This document shows positions 59,795 through 64,000 of a stretch of DNA of 64,000 nt, in pieces. Within the stretch, counting starts at the first letter, position 1. Every line of letters starts with the position of its first letter. Made by a program: the position numbers and the translations under genes. Below the pieces are notes generated by a model. That model ran no database searches. It was not told where the DNA came from and saw only the letters and a program-made list of their open reading frames with translations. The stretch is from Limisphaerales bacterium. GTDB lineage: Bacteria; Verrucomicrobiota; Verrucomicrobiia; Limisphaerales; UBA11358. The stretch lies in contig JBBCGE010000003.1 of assembly GCA_037200545.1 (NCBI GenBank), forward strand, positions 355,948 through 419,947. Direction: 5' to 3'.

Positions 59795-62452
59795 ATGAAA
59801 TCAAGACATCATCTAACTGTAATTTGTATCTTGTCATCCTTGTTTTGTCTCAAGACGTATGCTCAAGGCACGGCTTTTACTTATCAAGGGCGGTTGAACA
59901 GCGGTGCCGGCCCTGCGACCGGTCTCTACGACCTGCGCTTTGGTTTGTATGACGCGGCCAGCGCGGGAACACAGCAGGGGATCCTGCTTACAAATTCCGC
60001 CACCGCAGTAAGCAACGGCCTGTTCGCGGTCACGCTGGATTTCGGCAATCAATTCCCTGGCGCCAATCGTTGGCTGGAGATAGGAGTCCGCACCAATGGC
60101 AGCGGTGCTTTCACCACGCTGGCGCCACGCGAAGCCGTGACGCCGACGCCTTATGCAATTTATGCAACGAGCGCCGGAAGTGCGGCAACGGCCAGCACGG
60201 CCACCAGCGCCACGTCTGCGGCAACAGCCACGACCGCCAGTAGTTTTAGCGGATCGCTGGCCGGCAACGTGACAGGCACGCAAGGGGCCACGGTGGTTAC
60301 GACAGTTGGCGGGCAAACTGCCGCGAATGTGGCTGCTGGAGCCAGCGCGGCCAACGCCGCGACCAGTGCGAATACTCCCAATACGATTGTGAAGCGCGAT
60401 GGTTCGGGCGGCTTTCTGGCCGGCGCAATCACGGCGGCCAGCTTCGCCGGCAGCGGCAGCGGGTTGACGAATCTGAATGCCACACAACTGACGGGCGGAA
60501 CGCTGGCGGACGCACGCCTCTCGACAAATGTCGCATTGCTCAATGCAGTGCAAAACTTTACCGGTTCCAATAATTTCTTCGCCGCGCTGGTGGCGACCAA
60601 TGGAAACAGCCGGTTTGCGGGCAACGGCGGCGGGTTGACGAATTTGAACACCACAAATCTCATCGGCACCATCCCGTCGGCGTCGCTGACGGGAACCATA
60701 CCGGTCGCGCAGTTGCCGCCATCTGTGGTTACCAATGGCGCGAGCGGTGTGAGCATCACCGGCACATTTACCGGCAACGGGGCAGGGGTGACCAACGTGA
60801 ATCTCGCGATCAATTCCGGCGGCGCGATCCAGCCGTTGGGCGGCTTTGGACTGGCATCTTCGCCTGGTGTTGGCGGCAATCCTCAAACAGTCATCGCTGT
60901 TGACGTTAATGGTGACGGAAACCCTGATTTGATCAGTGCGAACGCTGGCAGCGGCACCCTGACGGTTTTGACTAATAATGGCAGCGGCGTTTATGTGCTG
61001 GCTTCCGCTCCGGGTGTGGGCAGCGGGCCGGAATCAGTCGTGGCCGCCGATGTCAACGGTGATGGCAAACCCGATTTGATCAGTGCCAATAGCAGTGGTA
61101 ATACGCTTTCGGTTCTCACCAACACTGGCGGTGGCAATTTCTTGCTCTCTTCTTCACCGACTGTTGGCAGCAAGCCTTATTCGGTGACGGCTGCGGATGT
61201 GAACGGCGATGGTAAATTGGACTTGATCAGCGCGAACTTTGGCATCGGCACCGGCAACACGCTGACCGTGTTGACCAATAATGGCATCGGCGGCTTCGTG
61301 TTATCATCCTCACCGGTCGTGGGCAGCGGGGCTGTTTCAGTTGCGGCGGCCGATGTCAACGGTGATGGCAAGGTGGATTTGATCAGTGCGAATTTTAATC
61401 CCGGCACGTTCTCAATTTTAACAAACAACGGCAGCGGCGGTTTCGTGCTATCGTCCTCGCCGTCTGCCGGAAGTCATCCTTATTTCGTCGCGGCGGCTGA
61501 TGTCAATGGTGATGGCAAAGTGGACTTGATCAGCGCGAACAATAATTTTGTTGGGACGCTCACGGTGTTGACGAACATTGGCAGCGGTGGTTTCGTGCTG
61601 GCTTCTTCGCCAAGTGTGGGCAGTGGACCGGTGGCGGTGGCGGTGGCCGATGTGAATGGTGACGGTAAGCCGGATTTGATCAGCGCGAACGCCAATGACA
61701 ACGCGCTCTCGGTTTTGCTCAACGTTGGTGGCGGCAGCTTTGCGCTGTCTTCTTCGCCCGGAGTTGGCTCCAGCCCTTCATCGGTCGCAGCAGCAGACGT
61801 CAACGGTGACGGTAAAATGGATCTGATCAGTGCAAACGCGTTTGATGACACCCTTTCAGTGCTGCTCAACAGTTCAATTTTCAACGGCACGTTCTTTGGA
61901 ATTGGCACCGGGTTGACCTCGTTGAATGCGGCGGAATTGACCGGCATTGTGCCGTCCGCACAAATCAGTGGAAACTATTTCAACAATGTGAACTTCAGCA
62001 GCAGCGGCAACAGTTTCAGCGGCGATGGCTCCGGACTGACCGGGCTAAACGCCAGTGAGTTGACTTTCGGCACAGTGAATGATGTCCGGCTTTCGTCCAA
62101 TGTGGCTTTGCGCAGCGGCGGAAATACTCTCTCCGGCAGTCAAGTCATCTCTGGCAATGTCAGCATCGGTTCAGGGACAGTGTTCACCCGCGTACAGGAT
62201 GGCATCTTTACGGCTGGCACCAACGGCGTGGGCACCAAGGTTTTCACCAATACCTTTCCGGTGGCCTTCAGCAGTGTGCCTACGGTCACGGCCACGCCGG
62301 TGGCGCAATCAGGCACCGACCTTCCTGAGGTTTACAGCATCACCGTGCGACGGGTGACGACGACTAATTTTGTGGTGAACATTTTCCGGGTAGATACCAG
62401 TGGTGCCGCTTGGAGCCAAAGCTTGCGCGTCGCCTACCATGCTTGGGAGTAA
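59795..62452 (+). CDS. large secreted FG-GAP/VCBS-repeat protein with a tail-fibre-like N-terminal region and a lectin-like C-terminal domain
   Basis: Signal peptide. N-terminal GTAFTYQGRLNSG..GLYDLRFGLYDA. Repeated GLTNLNxxxLxG motifs. Seven ~49-aa repeats DVNGDGKxDLISAN...LTVLTNNGSGGFVL. C-terminal beta domain ...VRRVTTTNFVVNIFRVD. Confidence 0.75.
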   Translation: MKSRHHLTVICILSSLFCLKTYAQGTAFTYQGRLNSGAGPATGLYDLRFGLYDAASAGTQQGILLTNSATAVSNGLFAVTLDFGNQFPGANRWLEIGVRTNGSGAFTTLAPREAVTPTPYAIYATSAGSAATASTATSATSAATATTASSFSGSLAGNVTGTQGATVVTTVGGQTAANVAAGASAANAATSANTPNTIVKRDGSGGFLAGAITAASFAGSGSGLTNLNATQLTGGTLADARLSTNVALLNAVQNFTGSNNFFAALVATNGNSRFAGNGGGLTNLNTTNLIGTIPSASLTGTIPVAQLPPSVVTNGASGVSITGTFTGNGAGVTNVNLAINSGGAIQPLGGFGLASSPGVGGNPQTVIAVDVNGDGNPDLISANAGSGTLTVLTNNGSGVYVLASAPGVGSGPESVVAADVNGDGKPDLISANSSGNTLSVLTNTGGGNFLLSSSPTVGSKPYSVTAADVNGDGKLDLISANFGIGTGNTLTVLTNNGIGGFVLSSSPVVGSGAVSVAAADVNGDGKVDLISANFNPGTFSILTNNGSGGFVLSSSPSAGSHPYFVAAADVNGDGKVDLISANNNFVGTLTVLTNIGSGGFVLASSPSVGSGPVAVAVADVNGDGKPDLISANANDNALSVLLNVGGGSFALSSSPGVGSSPSSVAAADVNGDGKMDLISANAFDDTLSVLLNSSIFNGTFFGIGTGLTSLNAAELTGIVPSAQISGNYFNNVNFSSSGNSFSGDGSGLTGLNASELTFGTVNDVRLSSNVALRSGGNTLSGSQVISGNVSIGSGTVFTRVQDGIFTAGTNGVGTKVFTNTFPVAFSSVPTVTATPVAQSGTDLPEVYSITVRRVTTTNFVVNIFRVDTSGAAWSQSLRVAYHAWE
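60895..61900 (+). repeat. intragenic tandem repeat, ~147-156 nt period x7 (FG-GAP/VCBS units)
   Basis: GATGT(C/G)AA(C/T)GG(T/C)GA(T/C)GG... cores recur at about 60903, 61048, 61196, 61352, 61499, 61649 and 61797. Confidence 0.75.
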
Positions 62453-62465
62453 CTAATAACATTTC

Positions 62466-64000
62466 ATGAAGATCAGATTCAAAGTAATTGCCAACGCTCT
62501 TTTATTGACCGCCTTCTGTCTTTCGGCTTACGCCCAGGGCACGGCGTTCATTTATCAAGGCCGCTTGAATAATGGTGCCAGTGCCGCCAACGGTATTTAC
62601 GATTTGCGCTTCGGACTATATGACGCTGCCACCAGCGGAACGCAACAGGGGGCTTTGCTGACCAACTCCGCAGCGGCGTTGACCAACGGATTGTTCACGG
62701 TGACGCTCGATTTTGGCAGCCAATTTTCCGGCGGCAACCGGTGGCTCGAAATCGGCGTGCGCACCAATGGCAGTGGCACATTCACCACGCTCGCGCCGCG
62801 CCAGGCGCTGTCCCCGTCACCCTATTCGATTTATTCGGCTAATGCCGGTATCGCCGTCACGGCGGGAACAGCGACCAGCGCCACTTCCGCTGTGACAGCG
62901 ACCACGGCCGGCGGTTTTTCCGGTTCACTTGCGGGCGATGTAACCGGCACGCAAGCGGCCACGGTCGTTGGCAATGTCGCCGGGCAAACCGCCGTGAATG
63001 TTGCCGCCGGTGCGTTCGCGGCCAACTCCGCCACGGGCCTGAACACGCCGAACACGATTGTAAGGCGGAATGCTTCTGGGGATTTTGCGGCTGGCACGGT
63101 CACAGCCGCAAACTTCGCCGGCAATGGCGATGAATTGACAAATCTCAACACCGCAAATCTCGTTGGCACCATTCCACTGGAGCAATTGCCCGCGTCAGTG
63201 CTGACCAACGGCGCAAATTTTGTGGGTACGTTCATTGGCGATGGTACCGGGGTGACCAACCTCAACATTGCCCTGAGTTCCGGTGGTGCGATTTCATTGC
63301 CGGGCAGTTTTCTGCTGGGCTCTTCGCCGGACGTAGGACTAAGTCCTTATTCTGTCGTGGCGGTGGACGTCAACGGGGATGGCAAACTTGATTTGATCAG
63401 CGCGAACAATGGTAACGCCACCCTTACGGTGTTGACGAACAACGGCAGCGGCGGTTTCGTCTTCAGTGCCACGCTCAATGTGGGCAACGGACCTTATGCT
63501 GTAGCCGCGACGGACGTCAACAATGATGGCGCAATGGATTTGGTCAGTGCGAACTACTATCCGAACACGCTCACGGTGTTGACGAATGACGGTACCGGGA
63601 CGTTTGGCTTTCGTGCCACGCTCAATGTGGGCAGCCGGCCGCAATCCGTCACAACAGCGGACGTCAATGGTGACGGTTGGGTGGATTTGGTCAGCGCAAA
63701 CTTTGTTGGTAACACGCTCACGGTGTTGACGAATAACGGCAGCGGCGGTTTCCTCCTGTCTTCCTCGCCCGGCGTGGGTTTTCATCCTAATTCAGTAGTG
63801 GCGGCGGATGTCAACGGGGACGGCAAGCCGGATTTGATCAGTGCCAATTTTGGTGCCAACACGCTTACGGTGCTCACCAACAATGGCAGCGGTGGTTTTG
63901 TGTTATCTTCCACGCCGGGCGTTGGCAGCGGACCTTATTGTGTCACGGCGGCAGATGTGAATGGCGATGGCGCGGTGGATCTGATCAGCGCCAATTCAGG
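62466..64000 (+). CDS. paralogous FG-GAP/VCBS-repeat secreted protein, 3' end beyond the window
   Basis: ATG at 62466. MKIRFKVIANALLLTAFCLSAYAQGTAFIYQGRLNNG.., the same architecture as 59795-62452. At least 5 repeat units (cores near 63366, 63513, 63660, 63807, 63954). The frame is open to the window end. Confidence 0.75.
   Translation, partial: MKIRFKVIANALLLTAFCLSAYAQGTAFIYQGRLNNGASAANGIYDLRFGLYDAATSGTQQGALLTNSAAALTNGLFTVTLDFGSQFSGGNRWLEIGVRTNGSGTFTTLAPRQALSPSPYSIYSANAGIAVTAGTATSATSAVTATTAGGFSGSLAGDVTGTQAATVVGNVAGQTAVNVAAGAFAANSATGLNTPNTIVRRNASGDFAAGTVTAANFAGNGDELTNLNTANLVGTIPLEQLPASVLTNGANFVGTFIGDGTGVTNLNIALSSGGAISLPGSFLLGSSPDVGLSPYSVVAVDVNGDGKLDLISANNGNATLTVLTNNGSGGFVFSATLNVGNGPYAVAATDVNNDGAMDLVSANYYPNTLTVLTNDGTGTFGFRATLNVGSRPQSVTTADVNGDGWVDLVSANFVGNTLTVLTNNGSGGFLLSSSPGVGFHPNSVVAADVNGDGKPDLISANFGANTLTVLTNNGSGGFVLSSTPGVGSGPYCVTAADVNGDGAVDLISANS

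Noticed and set aside
59834-60886. 350-aa and 239-aa minus-strand ORFs inside the FG-GAP gene
   Set aside because: These are Arg/Gly/Ala/Pro-rich antisense translations of an Ala/Thr/Gly-rich repetitive coding region. The plus-strand frame has a signal peptide and recognisable repeats.

Overview
64-kb window from a moderately GC-rich bacterium. The gene content (lipoproteins, FG-GAP/VCBS surface proteins, multihaem cytochromes, xylan enzymes) suggests a PVC-type soil or sediment organism such as Verrucomicrobiota, but that is only a guess. There are four blocks. (1) 1-12.6 kb is an intact xylan/xylose utilisation locus: SDR, xylA, SASA-type esterase, PA14-containing histidine kinase plus LuxR-type regulator, malectin lipoprotein, GH43, GPH symporter, GH10 xylanase. 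(2) 12.7-20.4 kb holds regulatory and miscellaneous genes: Pat-like acetyltransferase, radical SAM, cNMP-binding protein, AraC/PocR regulator, PAS kinase plus regulator. (3) 20.4-47.2 kb is a large haem/cytochrome supercluster. It carries System II cytochrome c maturation (ccsA, ccsB/resB), hemA, hemN, hemY, hemH, five c-type cytochrome genes (four of them multihaem) and a putative outer-membrane barrel, i.e. a porin-cytochrome-like module. Accessory insertions interrupt it: a MITE-like palindromic element, a type IIG/ISP-like restriction-modification (R-M) gene, and an AT-rich patch with zinc-finger ORFs and a DUF433/DUF5615 toxin-antitoxin pair. (4) 47.2-53.7 kb is the most interesting part: a ~6.5-kb integrative element inserted in the 3' end of tRNA-Thr(CGU). 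It is bounded by an exact 19-bp direct repeat and carries a tyrosine integrase, a small excisionase-like ORF and a complete minimal type II-C CRISPR-Cas9 locus (cas9-cas1-cas2 plus a 3-repeat/2-spacer array). The remaining 54-64 kb is core genome: zinc-finger lipoprotein, SDR, LptF/G permease, rho, WYL regulator and two tandem FG-GAP repeat proteins. One caveat applies throughout. Between ~17.9 and ~52.1 kb many genes, including cas1, cas2 and cas9, are broken by single-base frameshifts, while the flanks are clean. Most of the shifts I inspected lie in mononucleotide runs. This could be sequencing or assembly error or real decay, and I cannot tell which from the sequence alone. All coordinates of frameshifted genes are hand reconstructions.
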